Positions 48,730-57,991 of a stretch of DNA of 64,000 bases are shown one piece after another; the stretch's first letter is position 1, and each line of letters begins with the position of its first letter. The translations under genes and the position numbers were made by a program. This stretch comes from an uncultured delta proteobacterium (lineage in GTDB: Bacteria; Myxococcota_A; Polyangia; Polyangiales; Polyangiaceae), in NCBI GenBank assembly GCA_963850305.1, contig CAWKKR010000007.1:512001-576000 (forward strand), written 5' to 3'. The notes under the pieces are model-generated. The model was not told the DNA's origin. It did no database searches and saw only the letters and a program-made list of their open reading frames with translations.

Positions 48730-51144
48730 CTAGCGACTCGCCTCGTCCAGCCGGCGCATTCCTTCGAGGAGTAGCATTTCCGGGCTCGACTGGATCACCT
48801 TCTCCGGGGGCTGGACGGTGGGATCGATCGTGAACTCACCCGTCGAGACGCCGACAATCGCATAGAAAGCTTCCTCGCCCCGGAGGGCCCTGAAGATCGC
48901 GTCCACGATAGTTCCGTCCTTGAAGAAGACGGACCCCTGCTCGCCGTCGGAGGAGAGCTGGAGCGCGCCCGTCTTCCGTCCCTGGTGCAGGATTTGAACG
49001 AGATCTGGGATTGCCATTTCCTCCAGCGAGCCGCTCACACCGCGGACCCGCTTCGCGCTCTGACTCTGTTCCAGCAACCGTCGAAGCTTTGCGACGACCA
49101 CGGGCGTCGCAATCGGCTTGAACAGGTAGTCGGCGGCGCCTCCATCGATGGCCTCGGCAACCCTGGTGGCGTCGGTATGCTCGGACAGAAAGACGAACGG
49201 GATCGATTCTCCTCCCGGCCGAGCGCGGATCTTCTGCAACAGTTCGAAGCCGGTACCGCCTTCCAGATCCATCTCGCTCAATACGATGTCCACTGCGGCG
49301 CTCTCGACGAAGTGAACCGCATCTTCGATGCCCCGCACGACGTGTACGTCATAGCGCTTCTCCATGAGCGCGAGTTCGAGCACTGTCGTCTCCTCGATGT
49401 CGGGATCCACCAGCAGCACGCAGCCCCGATCGCCTCGCAGGCGCTGGGCGATCTCGTCTCCGAGGACCGCGTGCACGAATCGGTTCACGACCTTCGGATC
49501 GAAAACCTGGCCCTGCAGTTCGCGAAGGGCTTCGCACGCTTCCGGTGCGGTGAGGACCCTCCGGAACGAGTTGCGCGGGTTGTTCGTCAGGTCGGCGTAG
49601 CTGTCGCAGATGGCCAAGATTCGGCTTTCGAGCGGGATTTCTTGCCCCTTCAGGCTGTCCGGGAAGCCTTCGCCGTCGTAGCGCTCGTACATGTGCAGCA
49701 CGGTGGTCGTCGCCGTCGTAGCGAGCTTTGCCGAATCGACCACGCGGGCCGGTGTCGCGTAGAGCTTCTGTGCCGCCGCCCGGTGCCCGTCGAAGCGAGC
49801 GACGTTGTAGGGCGTGAGATGATAACTCGAGGCCTTTCCGAAATCGTGGATCAGCGCCGCAATTTCCGCCGCCCGCGCGCGCGCTTTCGGCACGTCGAAC
49901 TTCGCGCAGACCGTGCTGACGAGTCGTGCGGTCTGGATGGAGTGCCCGCGGAGATCCTTCCGGTTCCCTTCGAGCAAGGACACCATCAAGACCGCGAACT
50001 GGAACGGATCCCCGATCCCCTGCGGCGGTTCCGAATCCCTCGAGACAGGTGTCGCCCGATCGTGCCCGGCGAGGCGTCCCGTATCGCGGGCTCGCGGGGG
50101 CGTCCCGCTTGGCGATGCGGGCGGCTCGGAACGTACCAGCTCCGGCGAGAGTGTCATTGGCAGTGGCGACACGTCCGCGGGATCGAGCTCCTCCGGTGGT
50201 GGCGGTGGCGGTGTCAACGCTACCCGTTGCGAGACGGCCGAGGGCCGTGTGGGCAGCGACGGCCGTGGCTGGGTCGGGCGTGTCGGCACGGTCGGCGCGG
50301 GGATGGATCGCGCCGGGGCGGGCGGAGCATGACCGGGGCCGGCCGTCGGCGTTGGCGTTGGCGAGCGAGGAACGCCCCGAGCCAGCGGCGCGACCGGCGT
50401 TCCTCGTGAAACAACGACGCCGGCAGATGGAGCAACATAGGTCTCGGCCGTGGGCGTCCGTTGGGCGGCGTATTGTCCGGAGGGGCGTGGCGCCCCTGGG
50501 TACGAAAGGCGTCCGGTGTCGGATCGCGGCGCGGATTCCTGAGTTGCCGCAGCGCTACCGCCCTCGGTGAGCACCGTCTCGTTGCGCTGGACCTGAAGGG
50601 CGGCGATCGGATCGCGTTCGAGAGCTTGCGCGACGTCGTACTTTTCGTTCCGGAGCAGGGCGAACGCGAAGTCGTCCCCCTGGTAAAACTTACGCACGGC
50701 AGCATCGACCGCCGCCGGGCGTGCAACGAGCGCGCGGATCGTGCGGACCTGGGTCGCGATCTCGAGTTCTTTCAAGGTCTCCGCGTCGTCCGGATCCGAT
50801 ATCACGACCGTCAGCACGGACCGCTGGCGATCCAGGAGAACGGGGACGGCTTGACGTTGCTCCGCGATCGCAGCGGGCACGAGCGCAAGCGTTCGCTTGT
50901 CGACTGCCGCAGCTGAGAGCTTGGCCGTGGAAATGTATTGAACCCGGTACATTTCTGCCAGTACACGAAGCAGCTGATCCTCGGGCAAGCCCGCCTCGAT
51001 GAGTGCTTCCTCGAACCGGAGCCCCTTCACGTTGCGGTGCCGAGCCGCCGAATCATGAAGATCGCGAGTGATCCGCCCTTCGGCGAGGAGTCGCCGCGCG
51101 ACGCGTTCCGACGGATCGCGGAGTTTCTTGAGACCCGTGGCCAC
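48730..51144 (-). CDS. Multidomain signalling protein: MshEN/GSPII_N-like, Pro-rich linker, HD-GYP, REC, DUF4388
   Basis: LLAEGRIT...AVPV...DPDD; GHS, IHDFGK, ERYDGEGFPDSLKGQEIPLESRILAICD; VLLVD...DYLFKP; SGSLEEMAIPDLVQIL...KTGAL...LLLEGMRRLDE. Confidence 0.8.
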   Translation of the reverse strand: MATGLKKLRDPSERVARRLLAEGRITRDLHDSAARHRNVKGLRFEEALIEAGLPEDQLLRVLAEMYRVQYISTAKLSAAAVDKRTLALVPAAIAEQRQAVPVLLDRQRSVLTVVISDPDDAETLKELEIATQVRTIRALVARPAAVDAAVRKFYQGDDFAFALLRNEKYDVAQALERDPIAALQVQRNETVLTEGGSAAATQESAPRSDTGRLSYPGAPRPSGQYAAQRTPTAETYVAPSAGVVVSRGTPVAPLARGVPRSPTPTPTAGPGHAPPAPARSIPAPTVPTRPTQPRPSLPTRPSAVSQRVALTPPPPPPEELDPADVSPLPMTLSPELVRSEPPASPSGTPPRARDTGRLAGHDRATPVSRDSEPPQGIGDPFQFAVLMVSLLEGNRKDLRGHSIQTARLVSTVCAKFDVPKARARAAEIAALIHDFGKASSYHLTPYNVARFDGHRAAAQKLYATPARVVDSAKLATTATTTVLHMYERYDGEGFPDSLKGQEIPLESRILAICDSYADLTNNPRNSFRRVLTAPEACEALRELQGQVFDPKVVNRFVHAVLGDEIAQRLRGDRGCVLLVDPDIEETTVLELALMEKRYDVHVVRGIEDAVHFVESAAVDIVLSEMDLEGGTGFELLQKIRARPGGESIPFVFLSEHTDATRVAEAIDGGAADYLFKPIATPVVVAKLRRLLEQSQSAKRVRGVSGSLEEMAIPDLVQILHQGRKTGALQLSSDGEQGSVFFKDGTIVDAIFRALRGEEAFYAIVGVSTGEFTIDPTVQPPEKVIQSSPEMLLLEGMRRLDEASR

Positions 51145-51291
51145 CAGGCGCCGAGCTTACTACACCGGGCCCGCCTAGGCCCTGGGAGCCGTTCTTACTG
51201 GCCCGAGCGTCCGAAACCGATCCAGCAGAAACCGTCGTCGGTATCGGCTAGCCGGGGTGCGTAGTCCAGGTACAATCCGGACGGACCTCGT

Positions 51292-51687
51292 GTGACCGAT
51301 TATCGCCTTCGATATCGCGGAACGCTCTTTCCCATCCGCGGGGGCGAAGCCACCCTCGGCCGGTCGAGTTACGCGTCGATCGTCGTCAATAACCCCCTCG
51401 CCTCGAGAGAGCATGCCTTGGTTCGCGAGGCTCCCGGTCGCCTGGAGGTGACCAATCTCGGGAGCAAGAATGGCACTTTCGTCAATGGTGCCCGGGTCGA
51501 GGGGGTCTGTCCGGTACATGTCGGGGACCAAATCAGAGTCGGCACCGACGTTATCGAAGTGTCGGTCGCGTCCGCACAGGACCCAAGTACTCTTCGTGTC
51601 GCGACCGAACCCGGGCACAAGTCTGCAGGGTCCGCGTTCCTGGGGGACGAAGAAACCGAAACCGGGCGTGAGGAAGAGAGAGCATAG
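51292..51687 (+). CDS. FHA domain protein
   Basis: LGRS, ASREHA, LGSKNGTFVNG, GDQIRVG. Confidence 0.9.
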   Translation: MTDYRLRYRGTLFPIRGGEATLGRSSYASIVVNNPLASREHALVREAPGRLEVTNLGSKNGTFVNGARVEGVCPVHVGDQIRVGTDVIEVSVASAQDPSTLRVATEPGHKSAGSAFLGDEETETGREEERA

Positions 51688-51689
51688 TC

Positions 51690-52349
51690 GTGTCCACACA
51701 TACCATCACGATCGACGATAGGCTCCACGCTTACCTGCTCGGCACCGTGCGTGAGCCGCCGGTTCTCGCGCGGCTTCGCGAAGAGACGGCGAAGCTTCCG
51801 GAGGGAGGCATGCAGATATCGCCCGAACAAGGCCAGCTCATGGCGTTCCTCGTGGAGACGCTGGGTGTCCGGCGCGCGCTCGAGATCGGGGTCTTCACCG
51901 GGTACAGTTCGACCCGAGTAGCGCTCGCGTTGCCCCAGGACGGTCATCTCGTCGCGTGCGACGTGAGTGACGAATGGACGAGCGTGGCGCGCCGCTACTG
52001 GCGCGAAGCCGGCGTGGAGAAGCGCATCGAGCTCCGTCTCGGGCCGGCTCTCTCGACGCTCGACGCGCTCCTCGCCGAAGGCGCCGCGGCGAGCTTCGAC
52101 TTTGCCTTCGTCGATGCAGATAAGGAAAATTACCCGCCCTACTACGAGAAATGCCTCGCGCTCGTCCGGACGGGAGGTGTGATCGCATTCGATAACACGC
52201 TCTGGAGCGGGCGCGTCGCGAACCCCGAGGATCGGAGCGAGACGACTGTCGCCATCCGCGCGCTGAACAAGACGCTCGCCGCCGACCCGCGCGTGTCGGC
52301 CTCGCTCGTTCCGATCGGCGACGGCCTGTTCCTGGCCCGAAAGCGGTGA
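51690..52349 (+). CDS. SAM-dependent O-methyltransferase (caffeoyl-CoA OMT-like)
   Basis: MQISPEQG, LEIGVFTGYS, FDFAFVDADK, DNTLWSG, PIGDG. Confidence 0.92.
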   Translation: MSTHTITIDDRLHAYLLGTVREPPVLARLREETAKLPEGGMQISPEQGQLMAFLVETLGVRRALEIGVFTGYSSTRVALALPQDGHLVACDVSDEWTSVARRYWREAGVEKRIELRLGPALSTLDALLAEGAAASFDFAFVDADKENYPPYYEKCLALVRTGGVIAFDNTLWSGRVANPEDRSETTVAIRALNKTLAADPRVSASLVPIGDGLFLARKR

Positions 52350-52588
52350 GCTGGGCCAAGGCGCCCGGGACCCAGGCGGCGGGGGCAGCGGACCGGACGG
52401 GCGGTGAGACGACACCTGCGCGCCGGAAGGCGAGCTACGTGTCCGGAAGCGCGCGCCGAGGGCGCGGGAAGGCGAACCGGGGGTCACTCTCCACAGGTGA
52501 CCGCGCGTCGAGCATATTGGAAACGATCAGAGCATGCTGCCCGCGCGTCATCGACCCCCTGCGCAAATGATCGATTTCGGCTTGGAAT

Positions 52589-53485
52589 CTACCTGATCGG
52601 CGCTCCTGTATCTTCCGGGAGTGCGTCGAACGTTCCGAGGAGGCGTACTCCCCACCCGTTCGCTTCCAGAGCCGCCAGCACTTCGCGGCCGTGCGAGTTC
52701 TGATGGATGTCCATGTGGAACACGTACGCCCATGGTCGGCTCCGGGCCGGGCGCGATTCGATGCGGCAAAGGTTCACGTCGTGCTGCTTGAGCAACGATA
52801 GGATCTCGTGAAGCAGCCCCGGCCGATCCGTCCGCGGGTCGATCACGAAGGACGCCTTGTTCCGCGAGAAATCCGGCGCGCGGGCCTCTTCACGGCGGCG
52901 GACGACGAGGAAGCGAGTCGTGTTCTCCGGGTCGTCCTGAATGTCGTCAGCGACGATCAGTTCCGGAACATCATCCCCGTAGGCGACGGGGACGATCGCC
53001 GCGACCCGCGCTCCCGACTCGATCGACCTGAGCCTGTCGCCACTGTCCGTGTTCGAGTGCGTGAACGTGACGGCCACATTCGGCAGCCGCACGCCGAGAA
53101 ACGTCGCGCATTGCTCGTGGCTGGCTGGATGAGTGAATACGCGAGTCACCTGAGGGAGAGGTGCGTTCGCGAGCAATCGGAACCGCACGCGCACCTCGAG
53201 TTCGGACTCGATGACGACGTCATGCTCGAGCAGGCCCTCCCGTGCCGCGGCAACGGTTCCGATCGACGAATTTTCGATCGGAACCACGCCGACGGTGTGC
53301 GCCTCGATTGCCGTCCGGCGGAACACGTCGCGCACCGTGGGCGTGAACACCACCCCCGCAGCGTGGCCTCGGCGCCCGAGTGATCGCTCGACGCGCCGGG
53401 CGGCCTGATCGCTGAAGGTCCCGGGAGGGCCGAGCGCGAAAATTTGCGAGATGCTCGGCGGCGCGTCGTCGCGTGGCGACATCAT
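52589..53485 (-). CDS. pheA: Prephenate dehydratase (PDT plus ACT)
   Basis: LGPPGTFS, VPIENSSIG, THP..QC, NTTRF, DRPGLL, IESRP. Confidence 0.88.
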   Translation of the reverse strand: MMSPRDDAPPSISQIFALGPPGTFSDQAARRVERSLGRRGHAAGVVFTPTVRDVFRRTAIEAHTVGVVPIENSSIGTVAAAREGLLEHDVVIESELEVRVRFRLLANAPLPQVTRVFTHPASHEQCATFLGVRLPNVAVTFTHSNTDSGDRLRSIESGARVAAIVPVAYGDDVPELIVADDIQDDPENTTRFLVVRRREEARAPDFSRNKASFVIDPRTDRPGLLHEILSLLKQHDVNLCRIESRPARSRPWAYVFHMDIHQNSHGREVLAALEANGWGVRLLGTFDALPEDTGAPIR

Positions 53486-53501
53486 GGTCGGGCGCGTTTT
53501 A

Positions 53502-53618
53502 TCACGTCGCTCGGGCCTGGCTCTTCACGAAAGCGCCGATCCGTTCGATGGCGGGTCAGGACTCCTTCACGAACGTCGCGAAGGCCTGGAACACGTGGAT
53601 ATGCCCCTGCTCGATGCA
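53502..53618 (-). pseudogene. Remnant of an alpha/beta hydrolase (HSL-family) C-terminus
   Basis: Reads CIEQGHIHVFQAFATFVKES*PAIERIGAFVKSQARAT*, with an internal TGA at 53556-53558 and no upstream body. Confidence 0.45.
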
Positions 53619-53691
53619 AGAGCGCGCCGAGCACCTCGTAGCGCACTGAAGGGGCTCACCCTAACACCCCTCGCGGGCGGGTCGGGCGGCG

Positions 53692-54216
53692 CTACCAGCG
53701 CTTCAGGCGCTCTTTTTCCGTCTCGAGCCGCACCGCGAACTCCCGCTCGAGCCTTTCCGCGTCGCCATCCGAGAGTACTTTGTGCGCCTCGTGGAAGAGT
53801 TCATGCTCCTCCTCTTCTATGTGTTGCTCGACCATCCGCATCATGCTGTCGAACGTCCCGGGCCACGCCATTTCGTTCGGCGCCATGGCGTTGAGCGTCA
53901 GGAGCAGCTCGTTTATCTCGTGGTGTTCCTCGAGCGCGTGGAGCGCGAGCGCGCGGGTCTCCCCGAACTCCGCGAGTGCCGCGTAGAAGACGATCTCTTC
54001 TGCTAGTGCGTGGGCAAGCAGCGCGGCGTGGATTTCCGGAAACCAGGCGGCGCGAACGTCAGCGTGGCTCGTCGCGGAGATCCGATTCATCAGGTCCAAA
54101 ATCGCCGCGTGCTCCGTCTTGAGGCGTCTGAAGATCCCCTTGTCGCTGCGAAATCCAGCGGCGGTCGCCCGCATTTTGCCGACCAGCCGGCTCGTCAATT
54201 CGGAGGGTGTTGCCAT
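53692..54216 (-). CDS. Hemerythrin/HHE domain protein
   Basis: LKTEH, AHALAEE.VFY, EEHHEI, QHIEEEE.ELF. Confidence 0.85.
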   Translation of the reverse strand: MATPSELTSRLVGKMRATAAGFRSDKGIFRRLKTEHAAILDLMNRISATSHADVRAAWFPEIHAALLAHALAEEIVFYAALAEFGETRALALHALEEHHEINELLLTLNAMAPNEMAWPGTFDSMMRMVEQHIEEEEHELFHEAHKVLSDGDAERLEREFAVRLETEKERLKRW

Positions 54217-54228
54217 GACGGGGGAACG

Positions 54229-54244
54229 TGCATCGCTCGTACCA
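54229..54244 (-). promoter_or_regulatory. sigma-54 -24/-12 promoter
   Basis: Minus strand TGGTACGAGCGATGCA (GG-N10-GC); ATG 14 nt after the -12 C. Confidence 0.55.
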
Positions 54245-54288
54245 GGCCATGTGGGGTGCCAGGCGAATCGCGCGGCGGCAGGGTCGAG

Positions 54289-55203
54289 CTACAGATCGAA
54301 CGCGACTTCCGCGGCGACGTCCATGGATACGACGGTGCGGTCTTTCACAATCCAGAACGTTGGGGCTAGGAGATCGAACTCGAGGTGGCTCGAGTCGCCG
54401 ATGGGAAATGAGAGACCGGCGGCCAGGCGCAGAAACGGTCCGTTCTTCGGCAGGTATCCGCTCCCGAACCGAAGCGGGATCCGGAACCCAGAGTCGCCCG
54501 AGCCATGCAGTCGATACTCGAGCTGCGCGTAGCCTAGGACGTTGCCCGTCCGCCCGTCCTTGCCCTTCAAGTTTGCGTAACCCAGATATCCCCCGAGGGC
54601 GACATCGTCGGTGAAGCCGTAGTCGTAGCGAGCGCCGAGAAGCTGATTGTAGAAGGGATGCTCCGAGACGCCGAAGGCTCCCTCGGTCTGGATAGCAATG
54701 CGCGAGCGCGGGGGCCTGGAGGGGAGCGGGATCTGTGAAGGCGCGGGCGTCGGCGCGAAGGACACCGGAAGCAGCAGTGAACGCACGAGCCGCGCGACGG
54801 TGGCTTCCAGAGTGGTCGCGTCCGCCTCCCCCCGCTCGAGGAACGGCCCGGTCCTGTCGGCGTTCGCCACGATGAACGTCACTGCGTAGTGACCGTTCTC
54901 CGAGGACAAGGTCGCCCCCACGGCATGATCGGCCCGGGCTCCGATCGCGACGGCGAGCAGATCCGCGGGCGTCGGGCCGCCAGGCCCGATGCGTGCCGCG
55001 AGCTCGGCTGTCGTCGTTTCCGGTGTCATGCGATAGCCGAGGCGAGCGGCGGTCGCGTAGAGCTGGCTCGTGACCGCGGCGAGCGATTGAGCGGGCATGC
55101 CGACACCGCGGGCATCCACGACCGCGATCGACGGGCTCTCTGCGCGGGCGGCAACCGGCCACGACAGAGACGCAGCGACGACCATCACGAGGACGGCTCT
55201 CAT
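54289..55203 (-). CDS. Exported protein with C-terminal outer-membrane beta-barrel-like domain
   Basis: Signal peptide ending ARA; Pro linker; alternating strands GARYDYGF, YAQLEYR, AAGLSFP; C-terminal EVAFDL. Confidence 0.65.
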   Translation of the reverse strand: MRAVLVMVVAASLSWPVAARAESPSIAVVDARGVGMPAQSLAAVTSQLYATAARLGYRMTPETTTAELAARIGPGGPTPADLLAVAIGARADHAVGATLSSENGHYAVTFIVANADRTGPFLERGEADATTLEATVARLVRSLLLPVSFAPTPAPSQIPLPSRPPRSRIAIQTEGAFGVSEHPFYNQLLGARYDYGFTDDVALGGYLGYANLKGKDGRTGNVLGYAQLEYRLHGSGDSGFRIPLRFGSGYLPKNGPFLRLAAGLSFPIGDSSHLEFDLLAPTFWIVKDRTVVSMDVAAEVAFDL

Positions 55204-57221
55204 GGCGCACCGCTGCCGACCGGCCCCAGCGCTCGCTCGGCCGCATCCAGTAGTGCCGCTGCGTACGGTGCATTGTGCGCGTCCGCCGCCGGATCTTCGA
55301 GAACCAGTGCGATGTCCCACGCTGCACGACTTCGTGGCGTCGCCTGGTCGAGTGCGACCGGGTTTGCGTGAAGAGGAGCGGTGCCGGACACGACGTCGGT
55401 CGTTCGCTGGACGCGCTTCCACAGCGCTTCTGCACGTTCACGGAGAAACTCCACCGGTTTCTCGGTGTGACACCGCGTGCACTCGTCGCGGCGCGCCGCG
55501 AACGCATGGTCCGCGCCGAGTTCGAGTGTCGCCGGACCGTTGCGATGGCACCCAACGCAACCGCCCTCGATGGCGAGGTGCGGGGCAGGACCGTTCAGAG
55601 GTTTCCCATTTTCCGGACTCACGCCCCCGCGTCCTGCCCAGATCGCCGCTGCGCTGGCGGAGGGCGTGGATTGCGTTCCATCCGGCGCGTGGCAGGAGAC
55701 GCAGATGCGCCCGCGCTCCGCCGACGCGGGCAAGCCACGGAACATTGACGGAAGCGGGACGTCGCGGAGCAGGGATGCTGCGGACGCTCGACCAGCCGCG
55801 ACACCGTGAGCCGGATGAACGTCGTGGCACGCGGAGCAGGCGATCCCAATCGCACCGATCGCATCGGGGGCTTTCCAGTCGTTCCGGCCGAGGAACCCCC
55901 AGGTCGTATGGCAGCGCGCGCACGCGCCGTCGGTACGGGTCCGTGGGTCCGCGTCGGCGCGAGCCATGCGCGATGTGCGCCAGGCAACCACGTGGCCATA
56001 GCGTGGCGGCGCGTCGTGGCAGGTCGCACAGACGTCCGCGCGCAGGATCGCGAATCGCCCTCCGGGTTCCGGAATCGCTCCCGGGCCGTGGCAGCCGAGG
56101 CATCCGACGCCTCCGAGGCGTCGGAGCGCGCTCGGGAGATCGCGCCACCCCGTCCGCGCGATGTCGCGGGCGTCGATGCCGAGCTCGCGTGCGACGGCGA
56201 CGAAGCCACCGTCGTCGATGCCGGGCTCGCCCGTCGCATGGCACCCGATGGCGCAGCCCGGATAATCTCCCGGGAACGGCTTTGCAAGGCCGCGTTCGAG
56301 CACCGTCGCCATGGGGCTCGAGCGCGCCGCCTCGGCGAGGCCCGCGTGACAGTTGCTGCGCCCGCAATCCAGGGGCGTCTCGTCGTACTTTCCTGCCACG
56401 ATCCGGAGGGAGCGGCCCGCGCTGTCGATGAGCGTGTAGCTGCCGCGGAGGTCAGGCAAGAGCGAGGCGACACCGTCAGCTTCGTAGATCGTTGCGCGAG
56501 AGCCGAGCGGCAAGGACGACAGCCGAAAGCCCTCGCCGCCGAAGTAAAGACGGGTACCGAGCGCGACGTTCGGCAGGCCATGGGAACGGGCGGCGGCGCC
56601 GACGTGCAGCACGCGGATGATCTTCGCCCTCGCCCCCCCGGTCCACCTCGCCGTGAGCTCCACCTCGCCGCGCGTGCGCGGCGAGAGGGGAATGATGCCC
56701 CACGGCGGCTCCGCGCCGAGCGCATCGCGAAGACTCGGCATCGTCGCGAGGAAGCGATAGCCATCTCGCCCGACGTGAACGTTTCTGAGCGGCGCACCCG
56801 CGGTTTGCCGCCACGCAATGCGCCCAGCTGCCGCCTCCGGACAGCCGGGCGTCACGCCGATGTCGAGCGTCGCACCGAAGCCCATTGCGGGCGCTGGCGC
56901 ACCGAAGTCGAGCCACGGTACCGAGACGCGGTGCACCGTCCGGCCCGAACGCACGTCGAGATCGGGGATGACGAGCGGACAGGCGCCGTCCGAGAGCAAG
57001 ACGACTCCACCCGCCCGGTTCGCGTCGAGTTCGACGACTATCTTAGAGCCTGACAGCGTGAGATGCCGTACGGCAAGGCCCTGCGCGCGCGTGTGCGCCA
57101 GGTCGATTCCGCTATACGGTGTAGTTTCGACGACGAGCCACGTCGTTTTCGGCGCCGCGTGCCCGCAAGCGACGATCGCAGCGGCGAACAGCAGCGTGGA
57201 AGCGACACGAAGCGTTTTCAG
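55200..57221 (-). CDS. Multiheme cytochrome c lipoprotein (7 CXXCH plus CX3CH plus CX4CH); start CTG 57221 or GTG 57239
   Basis: Lipobox IVAC; CGRSNCH, CAIGCH, CLGCH, CATCH, CARCH, CSACH, CVSCH, CVGCH, CTRCH. Confidence 0.85.
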   Translation of the reverse strand: MKTLRVASTLLFAAAIVACGHAAPKTTWLVVETTPYSGIDLAHTRAQGLAVRHLTLSGSKIVVELDANRAGGVVLLSDGACPLVIPDLDVRSGRTVHRVSVPWLDFGAPAPAMGFGATLDIGVTPGCPEAAAGRIAWRQTAGAPLRNVHVGRDGYRFLATMPSLRDALGAEPPWGIIPLSPRTRGEVELTARWTGGARAKIIRVLHVGAAARSHGLPNVALGTRLYFGGEGFRLSSLPLGSRATIYEADGVASLLPDLRGSYTLIDSAGRSLRIVAGKYDETPLDCGRSNCHAGLAEAARSSPMATVLERGLAKPFPGDYPGCAIGCHATGEPGIDDGGFVAVARELGIDARDIARTGWRDLPSALRRLGGVGCLGCHGPGAIPEPGGRFAILRADVCATCHDAPPRYGHVVAWRTSRMARADADPRTRTDGACARCHTTWGFLGRNDWKAPDAIGAIGIACSACHDVHPAHGVAAGRASAASLLRDVPLPSMFRGLPASAERGRICVSCHAPDGTQSTPSASAAAIWAGRGGVSPENGKPLNGPAPHLAIEGGCVGCHRNGPATLELGADHAFAARRDECTRCHTEKPVEFLRERAEALWKRVQRTTDVVSGTAPLHANPVALDQATPRSRAAWDIALVLEDPAADAHNAPYAAALLDAAERALGPVGSGAP

Positions 57222-57991
57222 GGAACCCCCTGCATGCACGTCCCAAGGCGACACTGGCCGCAGTCTTCGTCTAGCCAGCACGCGGGCAACGGGTCGACGG
57301 GGACGCAGATCGCATCGACGCACGATAGCCCGCTGACACACGGGTGCATCCGGTCGCACGCGTCGGTCACGGCGTGGGCGGTGGAATCGCGCATGCATGT
57401 TCGGACGAGGCCGTCCTTCGGCTCGTAGCGGCAGCGCCACCCGCGCGGTTCGCCGTCGGGAAAGTCCGGTGAGAGGTCCACACAGATCCGTTCTCCGGGG
57501 ACCGCCTTTGTCCCGCGCCGCTGGCCGCACTCGAAGCCCGTGTCGGCAGCGCCAGGCGGAACTCCCGCCGCATGCGTCGACCCGCGACAGACGACGATGC
57601 CGGCGAAGTCCGCGCACTCCCATTCGCCGTCGTCGGGCATGCGCGGGTGAGGTTGCTCGCAGACGGCGCCGCGGCAGGCGAACGGCGGCGCGTAGCGGGT
57701 CCTGTCCACGCAGCGCCGCGACGGTCCCGAACCCGTGCAGCGGAAACCCAGCGGCGACAGGGCGACGGCCGGCAGCGGACGCGCGCGTACGGCGGGAATG
57801 CCGGCGTCCCAGCACACGCGACGATCTCCGACATCCGTACACCACCCGCCAGGCTCGTCCGCAGGCGAAGGCCAGGCCGTCGAGATTGTCATCGGTACGG
57901 GCGCGTCGCGGCGAGCACACCCCAACGGCAAGAGGCAGGGGGTGCACCACGCGAATCGAGCGACGACTCTGAAGCAGCAAGCGACGCTCAT
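57218..57991 (-). CDS. Cys-rich lipoprotein
   Basis: Lipobox PLGC; about 20 Cys; overlaps both neighbours. Confidence 0.7.
   Translation of the reverse strand: MSVACCFRVVARFAWCTPCLLPLGCARRDAPVPMTISTAWPSPADEPGGWCTDVGDRRVCWDAGIPAVRARPLPAVALSPLGFRCTGSGPSRRCVDRTRYAPPFACRGAVCEQPHPRMPDDGEWECADFAGIVVCRGSTHAAGVPPGAADTGFECGQRRGTKAVPGERICVDLSPDFPDGEPRGWRCRYEPKDGLVRTCMRDSTAHAVTDACDRMHPCVSGLSCVDAICVPVDPLPACWLDEDCGQCRLGTCMQGVP

Noticed and set aside
52346..52570. 74-aa ORF after the O-methyltransferase
   Set aside because: No recognisable motif and low-complexity composition; cannot be supported as a gene.
53556..53558. In-frame TGA as Sec or readthrough
   Set aside because: The position is not catalytic and the fragment has no start or gene body; it is better explained as decay.
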